Below, piece after piece: positions 16,353-25,021 of a stretch of DNA of 46,296 bases. The stretch spans positions 416,748 to 463,043 of the forward strand of contig JACPKY010000002.1 in assembly GCA_016186795.1 (NCBI GenBank), read 5' to 3'. Every line of letters starts with the position of its first letter. Position 1 is the stretch's first letter. Below the pieces are notes generated by a model that made no database searches, had not been told where the DNA came from, and saw nothing but the letters and a program-made list of their open reading frames with translations. The stretch is from Candidatus Gottesmanbacteria bacterium. Its GTDB lineage: Bacteria > Patescibacteriota > Microgenomatia > 2-02-FULL-39-11. Both the position numbers and the translations under genes were made by a program.

Positions 16353-17180
16353 TTATACAATATCTGCAAAATATTGCTGTGTTTTATTGAAGTACCATAG
16401 TCCAATAATAAATACAACAAAAGCAAAAAATATTGCAAAAACTATTTGAGAAAGCGTTATAACGGTCGTTCCTGAGAATGGCCACCTCACAAGTTCAATA
16501 ACAATTGCCATAGGATTAAATGACATGATGAATCTATTTCTCTCGGACAAAATAGCCATTGGATAGACAACCGGAGTAACATAGAAGGATATTTGAATAA
16601 AAAAGGGTAGAATATAACGTACGTCTCGAAATTTTACATTTAAAGAAGAGAGTATAAGTCCAAGACCTGCAGCAAGTGTTGAAGATATTAGTAGCGCTAA
16701 AAGAAACGGAATCACTGACCAAAGATGCGGAATGTATCCCAAAAAAACTGCGACAATAAGTAAAATAGCGAAATTAATAAGAAAATCAACAAATCGAGTA
16801 ATAACACTAGCAATAATAAGAATTATTTTGGGGAAGTATATTTTTTTGATGATGGATTGATTCCCTATGATGCTGTCAATCGATTCTGACAGAGCTGTTG
16901 AATAAAAAGACCAGTAAACGATACCACAAAGAACAAAAAGTGTATACGGAAGATTTCCCGAGGGTATTTTGGCCACATTGCCAAATAGCACGGTAAAAAT
17001 GAGCATGGTGACGAGTGGCTGAAAGATAACCCATAAAATTCCGAGTATAGTCTGTTTATATCGCACCTTCAAATCCCTCCAGACGAAAACAAAGAAAAGC
17101 TCGCGAAATCTCCAAATCTCAGAAATATTAAGTAAAGATTGTGATGATTTTGGGACAATGGTGATTTCTTTTATTTCCAT
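16353..17180 (-). CDS. wzm: ABC-2 type polysaccharide exporter permease (Wzm/TagG type)
   Basis: 275 aa with about 6 hydrophobic segments. The N-terminal ELFFVFVWRDLKVRYKQTILGILWVIFQPL is the ABC-2 signature. It lies directly upstream of wzt (5-nt gap). Confidence 0.85.
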   Translation of the reverse strand: MEIKEITIVPKSSQSLLNISEIWRFRELFFVFVWRDLKVRYKQTILGILWVIFQPLVTMLIFTVLFGNVAKIPSGNLPYTLFVLCGIVYWSFYSTALSESIDSIIGNQSIIKKIYFPKIILIIASVITRFVDFLINFAILLIVAVFLGYIPHLWSVIPFLLALLISSTLAAGLGLILSSLNVKFRDVRYILPFFIQISFYVTPVVYPMAILSERNRFIMSFNPMAIVIELVRWPFSGTTVITLSQIVFAIFFAFVVFIIGLWYFNKTQQYFADIV

Positions 17181-17183
17181 GAT

Positions 17184-18344
17184 TTAACTGACCGAATCGA
17201 GTGTTTTTTTTGCTATAACGCTCCACGAAAGAAACTCTTGCGCAAATACTCTACTTGCTTTTCCAAGACCCATTCGAAACTTCTTATTCGAAACTAATAG
17301 TGTAATCTTATTTGCTAAGTTTTTCCAATCGCCAATATTGTATCGTAATACACGGTCTTTCAGAAATGCATTGTTTTCCACATTTGCAACAATAAGTGGT
17401 AATGACGATGCCATAGCCTCAAATATCGATATGGAAAAATCACCAGGCCAACATCCTATATCTGCAGCAGAAAAGTACCCCGGTAACTGCGAATTTTTCA
17501 CCATCTGATGGTAGAGAATACATTTCCTTTTATCAATCCTATTTAAGTATTTAATATATGCACCATCTCCCCCTCCTAATAGAAGTATTTTAATCCGGGA
17601 GTTTTGGATAGAATTAACTGCTTGTATAAGTGTATGGATTTCTTTGTTAGGACTTATTTTCCCTGTGAAGATAATAAGAATATCACTATATGTAAGTCCA
17701 AGTTCTCGCCTTATAAACAGTCTTTTCTTAGAATTATATGTGAACACATAAGGATCAACGCCCAGATGGATTATTGGAACTTTTCTCTTGTCTACTCTTA
17801 GATTTTCATAAAGAAAATCTCTTTCATTATTTCCTACGGCAAAGAGAAAATCTTTCCATCTAACTATTTTGGGCCAAATAAGACTTTCATATATCATGAA
17901 ATAAAGTCGTTTAGTTAAAGAATTGGTTAAATTTGTATTAAATGCCGCAGCGTGAGTATCGTAGACAAGTTTATACCCAATATCCTTTTTCCAAAAAGCC
18001 GCAAGATATGCCGTCAGAGAAAATACTCCATGGCAAAAAAGTATGTCAGGAGAAATTTCCTGTAAAACTTTTTTTAAGCCATGAAGATAGACAACTGAAC
18101 TTGGCACAATCTCAATTGATCGAAGTCTAACTGTCAAAATACCCTCTTCATATCGTTTCCCAACAGGTACAACTCTTTTGCCTAAAATTGATTTATACGT
18201 TTTATCATAATTTGGAAAAGGAAAATACATTGAAGAGGTGACAACGGTTACATCATGACCTAAACGAGTATGTTCTCGGGCAAGGAAGTATTCTTGGTAT
18301 CCTACTTTTGGTTGAAAGTAATCAATAAGATGGACTATCTTCAT
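17184..18344 (-). CDS. Glycosyltransferase, GT-B fold (GT4-like)
   Basis: MKIVHLIDYFQPKVGYQEYFLAREHTRLGHDVTVVT (GT4 N-lobe) and a C-lobe reading ILIIFTGKISPNK...SIFEAMASSLPLIV. Confidence 0.8.
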   Translation of the reverse strand: MKIVHLIDYFQPKVGYQEYFLAREHTRLGHDVTVVTSSMYFPFPNYDKTYKSILGKRVVPVGKRYEEGILTVRLRSIEIVPSSVVYLHGLKKVLQEISPDILFCHGVFSLTAYLAAFWKKDIGYKLVYDTHAAAFNTNLTNSLTKRLYFMIYESLIWPKIVRWKDFLFAVGNNERDFLYENLRVDKRKVPIIHLGVDPYVFTYNSKKRLFIRRELGLTYSDILIIFTGKISPNKEIHTLIQAVNSIQNSRIKILLLGGGDGAYIKYLNRIDKRKCILYHQMVKNSQLPGYFSAADIGCWPGDFSISIFEAMASSLPLIVANVENNAFLKDRVLRYNIGDWKNLANKITLLVSNKKFRMGLGKASRVFAQEFLSWSVIAKKTLDSVS

Positions 18345-18347
18345 ATG

Positions 18348-20243
18348 TTAATCAAGATATCGTCTTGCCCAGAGCTCAAAGATAAAAAGAGTCCAAACTC
18401 GTAAGTGATCGGTCCAAAGTGTTTTCCCTAAATCTTGCGTATAAAACGATTGAACAACATCGTTCACATATTTTTCATTAAAAATACCCCTCTTCTTTAT
18501 CGAACTTGGACTCAAAGCTTCGAGGATGAGTGGTTTGAGAATACCTTTCATATAGCGCTTTCTTGGAAACCCAAAACCAGTTTTTTTGTGATCAATAATT
18601 TCCTTTGGTAACCATTCTTTTGCAACTTCTTTCAAAATATATTTTTGGATTCCATTCTTAACCTTAAATTCGTATGGAAGTGAGAAAGCGTATTCTACAA
18701 GACGCTTATCCAACAGAGGAACTCTCACTTCAAGTGAATGGGCCATACTTGCCATATTAGTTGTAATTAAAAGATTGTCTCGTGTGTATGTAGAAAGATC
18801 CATAAAGGAGAGTTTATCTATTTCATTGGTTGCCTTACTACTTTCAAATATTTCGGAAAAAATTTGTCGGGTATTATATTTGCTATCTTCTAAAAATGAG
18901 GAAGAAAATAGTCTCTTTTTCTCTTGATCAAAGTATGCAAAGTAGAAAAATAGTCTTTTTTCAAGAAATGTTGGAAGTCGTAAGAATCGATCTATCAAAG
19001 AGAATGTCTTTTTATAGCAGTTCAATAGTGGAAATTGCGAGAGTATCTGAATAACATTTCGAGTAAGTTTTTTAGGAACTCTTTTATAAAAAGTTGAGAG
19101 AGTATTAGTTCTATAAATCCATCCGTGATAGCCTCCAAAAAGCTCATCTCCACCAAGACCACTTAAAGCGACTTTTACATCATTTCCAATTACTTTTGAG
19201 AGAAAATATGTTTCAAATGATTCTCCATTGGGTTGATCAAGAAAATAAATGAAGTTTTCAAACTCAGTAAAGATTTCTTTTTCGCCTATTGTGTATTCTG
19301 TATGATCTGTATGGAACTTCTTCGAAACAAGTCTGGCAAATTCTCTTTCATCAAAACCTTTCCCTTCATCTGCCCAAAGTGAATATGTCTTCACTCTTTT
19401 TTTATTATGATTTGCCATGAGTGCAACAACAAGAGAAGAATCTATACCACCCGAAAGAAATGCACCAACTGGTACATCAGAAACAGTAGTAAGCGAAACA
19501 GAGGACAACAGAAGTTCTCTCAACTTTTCTTTTTCATTCTCATAAGAGACATTTCTTTTAGCTGAAAATGTAGGAAGGTGCCAGAACTTCTTTATTCGGA
19601 GACCATTTCTCCCCACCCACATGAAATGACCTGGAGGAAGACTGTATACACCTTTAATGATGGTTAAGGGAGTGGGAGTTGCAAAAATTGATGTATAGTG
19701 ATACAAAGCCTCTTTATTTATTTCCTTCGAAACAATTGGATTTGACAGAATCGACTTGACTTCTGATGCAAAAAGAAATGTATTTCCACCTTTGAAGTAA
19801 AAAAGAGGATTTATTCCAAGATGGTCTCTTGCAAGGAAAAATGCTTTTTTCCTCATATCATAAATACATAAAGCAAACTGACCTAAAAGTTTTTCTACAA
19901 TTTTTTCACCAAACTCTTTAAATCCAACAAGAATAACTTCTGTATCGGTTTCAGTGAGAAAGGAATGTCCATACGACTTAAGTTCTTCCCGTAAACTTTT
20001 GTAATTGAATATTTCGCCATTAAAAGTAATCCAGAGAGATTTGTCATACAAGGATAGAGGCTGATTTCCAGATTCCCGAGGATCTATAATGGCAAGTCGT
20101 CTATTAGCAAGACCAACATTATTTAATATAAACTCCCCATGACCGTCTGGTCCCCGATGGGAAACACATGTATCCATACGGTGGAGAATTTTTTTGTCAA
20201 CGCTCCTTCCATCAAACTGAAAAATTCCAGCTATACCGCACAC
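18348..20243 (-). CDS. asnB: Asparagine synthase (glutamine-hydrolysing) family amidotransferase; probably a glycan amidation enzyme rather than housekeeping AsnB
   Basis: The start codon is GTG (20243-20241), followed directly by Cys: (M)CGIAGIF, the Ntn-amidotransferase nucleophile. SGGIDSS is the PP-loop in the synthetase domain. The protein (631 aa) sits inside a glycan operon. Confidence 0.85.
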   Translation of the reverse strand: MCGIAGIFQFDGRSVDKKILHRMDTCVSHRGPDGHGEFILNNVGLANRRLAIIDPRESGNQPLSLYDKSLWITFNGEIFNYKSLREELKSYGHSFLTETDTEVILVGFKEFGEKIVEKLLGQFALCIYDMRKKAFFLARDHLGINPLFYFKGGNTFLFASEVKSILSNPIVSKEINKEALYHYTSIFATPTPLTIIKGVYSLPPGHFMWVGRNGLRIKKFWHLPTFSAKRNVSYENEKEKLRELLLSSVSLTTVSDVPVGAFLSGGIDSSLVVALMANHNKKRVKTYSLWADEGKGFDEREFARLVSKKFHTDHTEYTIGEKEIFTEFENFIYFLDQPNGESFETYFLSKVIGNDVKVALSGLGGDELFGGYHGWIYRTNTLSTFYKRVPKKLTRNVIQILSQFPLLNCYKKTFSLIDRFLRLPTFLEKRLFFYFAYFDQEKKRLFSSSFLEDSKYNTRQIFSEIFESSKATNEIDKLSFMDLSTYTRDNLLITTNMASMAHSLEVRVPLLDKRLVEYAFSLPYEFKVKNGIQKYILKEVAKEWLPKEIIDHKKTGFGFPRKRYMKGILKPLILEALSPSSIKKRGIFNEKYVNDVVQSFYTQDLGKTLWTDHLRVWTLFIFELWARRYLD

Positions 20244-20288
20244 AAGTTATTCTTTCGTTGCTTTTATAATAAGATAAAGATCTGTTTT

Positions 20289-21467
20289 CTATTTGCCTTT
20301 GGAGATTGTTTCATATACATGGATTAATTTTTCACTCATTGCCTCAACTGAATAATTTTTCCAAATAAGTCTTTTGGCATTCTCCCCCATAGTTTTTCGC
20401 AGTATATCATGTTGTAACAGGTATGATAGAGAGTGTACGAGTTGTTTTCCATTTGTTGGTATCACCATCCCTGCACGATGGGATTCAACTTCAGGAAATT
20501 TACAACCCTTAGTCACAATAAGGGGTAGACCAGATGCTCCAGCCTCTAAAATTGCCAAAGAAAATCCCTCTTTGGGAGAAGGATAGACAAATATATCTGT
20601 ATCCCTATACAATTCTTTTTTCTGTTCTCCGGCAAGTACACCAGGAAAATGTACGCTTTTGGTAAGCCGAAGCCTTTCTCTCTGTTCCTTAAGAAAAGAT
20701 AGATATCCATCATCTGAACCTGCAATAATAAGATGTGAGGGAATTCGTTTACATACTTCTCGAAATGATTCCAGAAGAAGTCCAAGACCCTTCAGATGGG
20801 TTATCCTTCCTAGGAAACTTATTACTTTTTCTTTTTGTGTAATATTAAATCGACTTCGGAAATTACCAGATTTGGGAAGACTTTTAAACTCATGAAGGTT
20901 AATACCATTTTGTATACGATATATTTTGTTAACTCCAAATACCTCGTACTCTTTTTCCTCTTGAACTGTTGCCGCAATAAATGCCTGGGCTTGACTAAAC
21001 ATGGTTTTCCCAAATAGATTTATAAATATCTTCTTCCAGTCTTTTCGATGAGTTAGGTGAAACTCATCAAGTGTTCCATGCGCCGAAATAATGTATGGCT
21101 TACGTAAGCTTCTAGCAAAAAAAGACGTCACAATTGCAAGCTCAGTAAAAACTTCATGAATATGAATGACATCAACGGTAGGAAGAATCTGCATCATCGA
21201 CAGTATCCAATTTACGGGAAGAAAGATCTTGTATCGAAAAGCAAGAGTATTACTTAAGTTTTTAAAAAAATAGTACGATATACTCTTTCTATTCAATCTA
21301 TTATTATCCGACTCATCTCTTCTTTTTTCACCAAATGCATCTGTTGAAAAGACTATTACTTCGTGCCCTTTTGCGGCAAGAGATGAGGATAGTTCGTAAA
21401 CCAATTTTCCTGGACCACCATAACTCCAAGCTGGATACATATACGAGATGACTTGAAGAATTCTCAT
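20289..21467 (-). CDS. Glycosyltransferase, GT-B fold (GT4)
   Basis: MRILQVISYMYPAWSYGGPGKLVYELSSSLAAKGHEVIVFS and the EX7E region PSPKEGFSLAILEAGASGLPLIVT. Confidence 0.85.
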   Translation of the reverse strand: MRILQVISYMYPAWSYGGPGKLVYELSSSLAAKGHEVIVFSTDAFGEKRRDESDNNRLNRKSISYYFFKNLSNTLAFRYKIFLPVNWILSMMQILPTVDVIHIHEVFTELAIVTSFFARSLRKPYIISAHGTLDEFHLTHRKDWKKIFINLFGKTMFSQAQAFIAATVQEEKEYEVFGVNKIYRIQNGINLHEFKSLPKSGNFRSRFNITQKEKVISFLGRITHLKGLGLLLESFREVCKRIPSHLIIAGSDDGYLSFLKEQRERLRLTKSVHFPGVLAGEQKKELYRDTDIFVYPSPKEGFSLAILEAGASGLPLIVTKGCKFPEVESHRAGMVIPTNGKQLVHSLSYLLQHDILRKTMGENAKRLIWKNYSVEAMSEKLIHVYETISKGK

Positions 21468-21477
21468 GAGAAAGTTG

Positions 21478-22389
21478 TTATTTTAACCTTTTTGATAGTA
21501 TAGAAAAAATTTTTGCTTGAGAGGTTGCTTGAAAGTTTATTTTTTTGAATATTTTCTGAGAAGAAAGGGTTGCATTCTTGAGACGAAATTTTGCCGACCT
21601 CTTGAAAAAATCACGTAACGTACTCGATATAACTTTCCCAGGTAATTTCATTTTTTTTTGAAGAGTGGTTACTAACTGATACGGCGTGATTATTTCATTC
21701 CCTGCAAAATGGTAAATTCCCTCTAAGTTTTTCTCTATGCTTAGGATTATGACGTTAACGAAATCATCGATAAACGTGGGATTTATTGATTGATCATTTA
21801 CTGCTTTGGTAGTTTTCCCACTTTTGAGAGAATGAAAAAACTTGCGGATTATATCGGTAGAAAAATAATTCACATGCCCATATGATAGGACTGAACGAAT
21901 GATGCAAAATGAAGAACATAATTTTTGAATTTCTTCTTCGCCGTGTAATTTCGTCTCTCCATAAAAATTGATAGGATGAGGAGAATCTTCTTCGGTATAA
22001 TTTCCTTTCCTGCCGTCAAAAACACATTCGGTGGATAAATAAATAACCTTTTTACCGAGTTTTTTTGAAATATACGCAATATTTTTTGTGCCCTCGACAT
22101 TCACTTGCCAAGTCTCACTTCGTTCCTTTCGTTGGCTATCTTTTTGACATACATCAATATGAGTCTTGGCTGCTAAGTGCACAATACCATCAAAATCCGT
22201 TCGTTCAAGGGAGCGGAGGAGTAATTCTCTATCGAGAATATCTGCTTGTATAGTCTTGTAAACTCCTAGAGCGGGAAATCGAAATCCTCTCCGATTAAGA
22301 TCAATGAGTTCAAAATGTTTCCCAACAATTTGTGCCAAACGGGAGCCTATATAACCATGAAGTCCTGTCACAACAATTCTTTTTTTCAT
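21478..22389 (-). CDS. RmlD-like NAD(P)H-dependent 4-ketosugar reductase (dTDP-4-dehydrorhamnose reductase family)
   Basis: IVVTGLHGYIGSRL, LSTECVFDG (compare STDYVFDG of RmlD) and YGETKLHGE (YxxxK). TAATG overlap with the upstream gene at 22389. Confidence 0.7.
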   Translation of the reverse strand: MKKRIVVTGLHGYIGSRLAQIVGKHFELIDLNRRGFRFPALGVYKTIQADILDRELLLRSLERTDFDGIVHLAAKTHIDVCQKDSQRKERSETWQVNVEGTKNIAYISKKLGKKVIYLSTECVFDGRKGNYTEEDSPHPINFYGETKLHGEEEIQKLCSSFCIIRSVLSYGHVNYFSTDIIRKFFHSLKSGKTTKAVNDQSINPTFIDDFVNVIILSIEKNLEGIYHFAGNEIITPYQLVTTLQKKMKLPGKVISSTLRDFFKRSAKFRLKNATLSSQKIFKKINFQATSQAKIFSILSKRLK

Positions 22390-24077
22390 TATTTTTCAAT
22401 CAACCAATTTTCCAAAGCAAGTACATCAAGCCCTGAATTCTCAAATGTTTTTAATGCAACTTCGGGGGTACCTACAATAGGAAATCCATGGAGATTAAAT
22501 GATGTATTAAGTACTGCACCTACTCCAGTTAAGGACTTAAACTCTTGAATAAGTTTTTTGTAAGTAGGATTTATATTATCGACAGTTTGTGGTCTGCATG
22601 TTAAATCAAATTGATGGATGGTAGCGATAAGAGCGAATGCTTCCTTTTTTGTATCAAATGCTTCTATCATGTAGGGTGCAACTTTGGCATCAACGAGATA
22701 TTTCCGTGCATCTTCTTGAAGAATAGAAGGAGCAAACGGCATCCAGAAGTCTCTTTGCTTTATCGCAAAGTTAAGACGGTGTACGACTTTTAAATCTCTA
22801 GGATCTGCAAGTATACTCCTATTTCCCAATGCTCTTGAACCTAATTCATCTCTTCCTGAGAATCTGGCAACAATTTTTCCATTTGCCAAAAGATGAGCAA
22901 TTTCTTTTTCTATATCTTTTTTTATGAGTTGAGCACGTTTTTTCCATTTCGTGTTTTTTATCGTTTGCTCAATCTCATGACCCGCCCACTTCTTTCCAAA
23001 ATAGAGGTTGGTTAAAGGGTAGAATTTTGGTTTTTCTCTTTTCTCCTTACATAGTCTTACATACCCTTCAAGTGCTGCTCCAACAGGCGTTCCCCCATCA
23101 TCTGCTGCGGGATAAAAAAAGACTTTTTCAACTTCAGGAATTTCACGAATACATTTATTTGCTTTTACGTTTAGGAATGCACCGCCATTACATACAACGG
23201 TATGTATACCTGTTGTACGAACCGCATTTTTAACCCATTGGACTACTAATTCTTCGAAATGCCTTTGTGTTGCCCAAGCAATATTATCAAACCTTCTTCC
23301 TACAAGAATTTTTGTTAGTTTTTTCGTCACATCATACAAGTAGGCTCCAAATGTATTTTGAAATTCAAGAGGCTTTTGGGGATGTATTCGAATAATGTTA
23401 TTGAATATATCTTTCAATCCGTCATCTCTTCCATATGGGGCAAGTCCCATTAGCTTATATTCATGCTCCCACCGTTTAAATCCCAAAAACCCAGTCATCT
23501 CGCTATATACATTATTGGAAAGACTATCGTAATAGGTCGTTTCTGCAATCCTCTTTATCAAATTCCCCTTTCCTATTGATACTGTTGCCGATAAACCATC
23601 TCCAGACCCATCAAGTGTCAGAATAACTGCTTCACCCGACCATGGCCTTTGATAAAAAGCACATGCCGCATGAGTTAAGTGATGTTCAATAAATGTGATA
23701 GGGATATTTCCCATGCCGAGTGTAGTCAAGAGAGATTTTAAATTTTTCGTTTCCCGAAAGTTGTGGAGAATACGCACATACATCTTGGCGAAAGCGTGGG
23801 ATTTCACATATGGAGATAGCGCAACCTGTAGTCTCCCTAACCAATTGATATCTGCGTATGGAGGACCAACTCGTACAAAGCAACCAATTGCGATCAAATC
23901 TGTATTTTGTGGCTCAATCTGGGCAATTTCGTAGACTTTCCTTATTGACAAAAGTGGTGGACCAAAATAGTTTTTCCAGTTATTGAGTCTTTCTTCAGAT
24001 ATTGCGGCAAGAATCTGTCCATCTTTGACTAAAGCCGCACCTGCATTATGTCCATCATGTATACCTAACACAATCAT
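22389..24077 (-). CDS. NodU/CmcH-family carbamoyltransferase
   Basis: N-terminus MIVLGIHDGHNAGAALVKDGQILAAISEERLNNWKNY plus the length (562 aa) and C-terminal VLNTSFNLHGFPIV are characteristic of O-carbamoyltransferases of the NodU/NolO/CmcH/TobZ family. Confidence 0.85.
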   Translation of the reverse strand: MIVLGIHDGHNAGAALVKDGQILAAISEERLNNWKNYFGPPLLSIRKVYEIAQIEPQNTDLIAIGCFVRVGPPYADINWLGRLQVALSPYVKSHAFAKMYVRILHNFRETKNLKSLLTTLGMGNIPITFIEHHLTHAACAFYQRPWSGEAVILTLDGSGDGLSATVSIGKGNLIKRIAETTYYDSLSNNVYSEMTGFLGFKRWEHEYKLMGLAPYGRDDGLKDIFNNIIRIHPQKPLEFQNTFGAYLYDVTKKLTKILVGRRFDNIAWATQRHFEELVVQWVKNAVRTTGIHTVVCNGGAFLNVKANKCIREIPEVEKVFFYPAADDGGTPVGAALEGYVRLCKEKREKPKFYPLTNLYFGKKWAGHEIEQTIKNTKWKKRAQLIKKDIEKEIAHLLANGKIVARFSGRDELGSRALGNRSILADPRDLKVVHRLNFAIKQRDFWMPFAPSILQEDARKYLVDAKVAPYMIEAFDTKKEAFALIATIHQFDLTCRPQTVDNINPTYKKLIQEFKSLTGVGAVLNTSFNLHGFPIVGTPEVALKTFENSGLDVLALENWLIEK

Positions 24078-25021
24078 ACCGATATGCGACTATTTTCCAA
24101 ATACCAATCTATCTCTTTTCGTAAACCTTTTACAAACGGTGTTTGCGCAATAAAGCCAAACTCACGCAGAGCTCTCGTCGTATTTAGCTTGCGTCTAGGT
24201 TGTCCGTCTGGCTTCGATTTATCCCAAACGATTTGGCCATGAAAGTATAAAATTTTACAAATCATGTGAACTAATTCTTTTATCGAAATTTCAAATCCAG
24301 CGCCAATATTAACCGGTTCTGATTTATTATATTTCTCCGTTGCCTTAATAATGGCCCTTGCACAATCTTCGACATACAAAAATTCCCTTGTTGCACGACC
24401 GGTACCCCACACGATAACCTCTTTTTCTTTTTTTTGCTTTGCCTGAATTACTTTTTTTATAAGAGCCGGTATCACATGAGAAGAAGACTCATCGAAATTA
24501 TCTCCTGGACCATACATATTTACGGGTATGAGAGTAATTGCGTTAAAGCCGTACTGTCGCCTGTACGCTTGAGCTTGAACGAGAAGCATTTTTTTCGCAA
24601 GCCCATACGGTGCGTTTGTTTCTTCTGGATATCCATTCCACAAATCATCTTCCTTAAAGGGGATTGGCGTGTATTTTGGGTATGAGCACACTGTTCCGAT
24701 TGCAACAAATTTTTCAACTCCTGCACGCCGTGCTTCCTCCATAAGTTGTGCTCCAATCATAATATTGTCATACAACATTTCGCCGGGATATTTTATGTTA
24801 AATCCTATACCTCCCACTTTTGCCGCAAGGTGGATAACTATGTCCACTCCTTGAACAACCTTTTTGCACTTTGTTCGACTTCGCAAATCATAATCACGAG
24901 AATTTGGGGCAAAAATATCTATTGTCTTGCCTTTTTGGAGCAACCGAAGTAAATGATGACCCAAAAACCCTCCTCCTCCTGTTATCAGAATTTTTTTTCC
25001 TCGCCAAAATTTATTGTTCAT
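24074..25021 (-). CDS. fcl: GDP-L-fucose synthase-like NDP-4-keto-6-deoxyhexose 3,5-epimerase/4-reductase (Fcl/WcaG/GER family)
   Basis: ILITGGGGFLGHHL, HLAAKVGGIGFN, IGTVCSYP, NAPYGLAKK and HVIPALIKK match Fcl-family motifs. The ORF track start (25087) overlaps the upstream gene by 70 nt. ATG 25021 gives an ATGA overlap with the upstream stop and starts just before the Rossmann motif. Confidence 0.75.
   Translation of the reverse strand: MNNKFWRGKKILITGGGGFLGHHLLRLLQKGKTIDIFAPNSRDYDLRSRTKCKKVVQGVDIVIHLAAKVGGIGFNIKYPGEMLYDNIMIGAQLMEEARRAGVEKFVAIGTVCSYPKYTPIPFKEDDLWNGYPEETNAPYGLAKKMLLVQAQAYRRQYGFNAITLIPVNMYGPGDNFDESSSHVIPALIKKVIQAKQKKEKEVIVWGTGRATREFLYVEDCARAIIKATEKYNKSEPVNIGAGFEISIKELVHMICKILYFHGQIVWDKSKPDGQPRRKLNTTRALREFGFIAQTPFVKGLRKEIDWYLENSRISV

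Noticed and set aside
20244-20288. Possible promoter or terminator in the 45-nt gap before the AsnB-type gene.
   Set aside because: Only weak -10-like A/T hexamers (TATAAA, TATTAT) are present, with a poor -35. There is no GC-rich hairpin followed by a T-run. This is indistinguishable from background AT-rich sequence.
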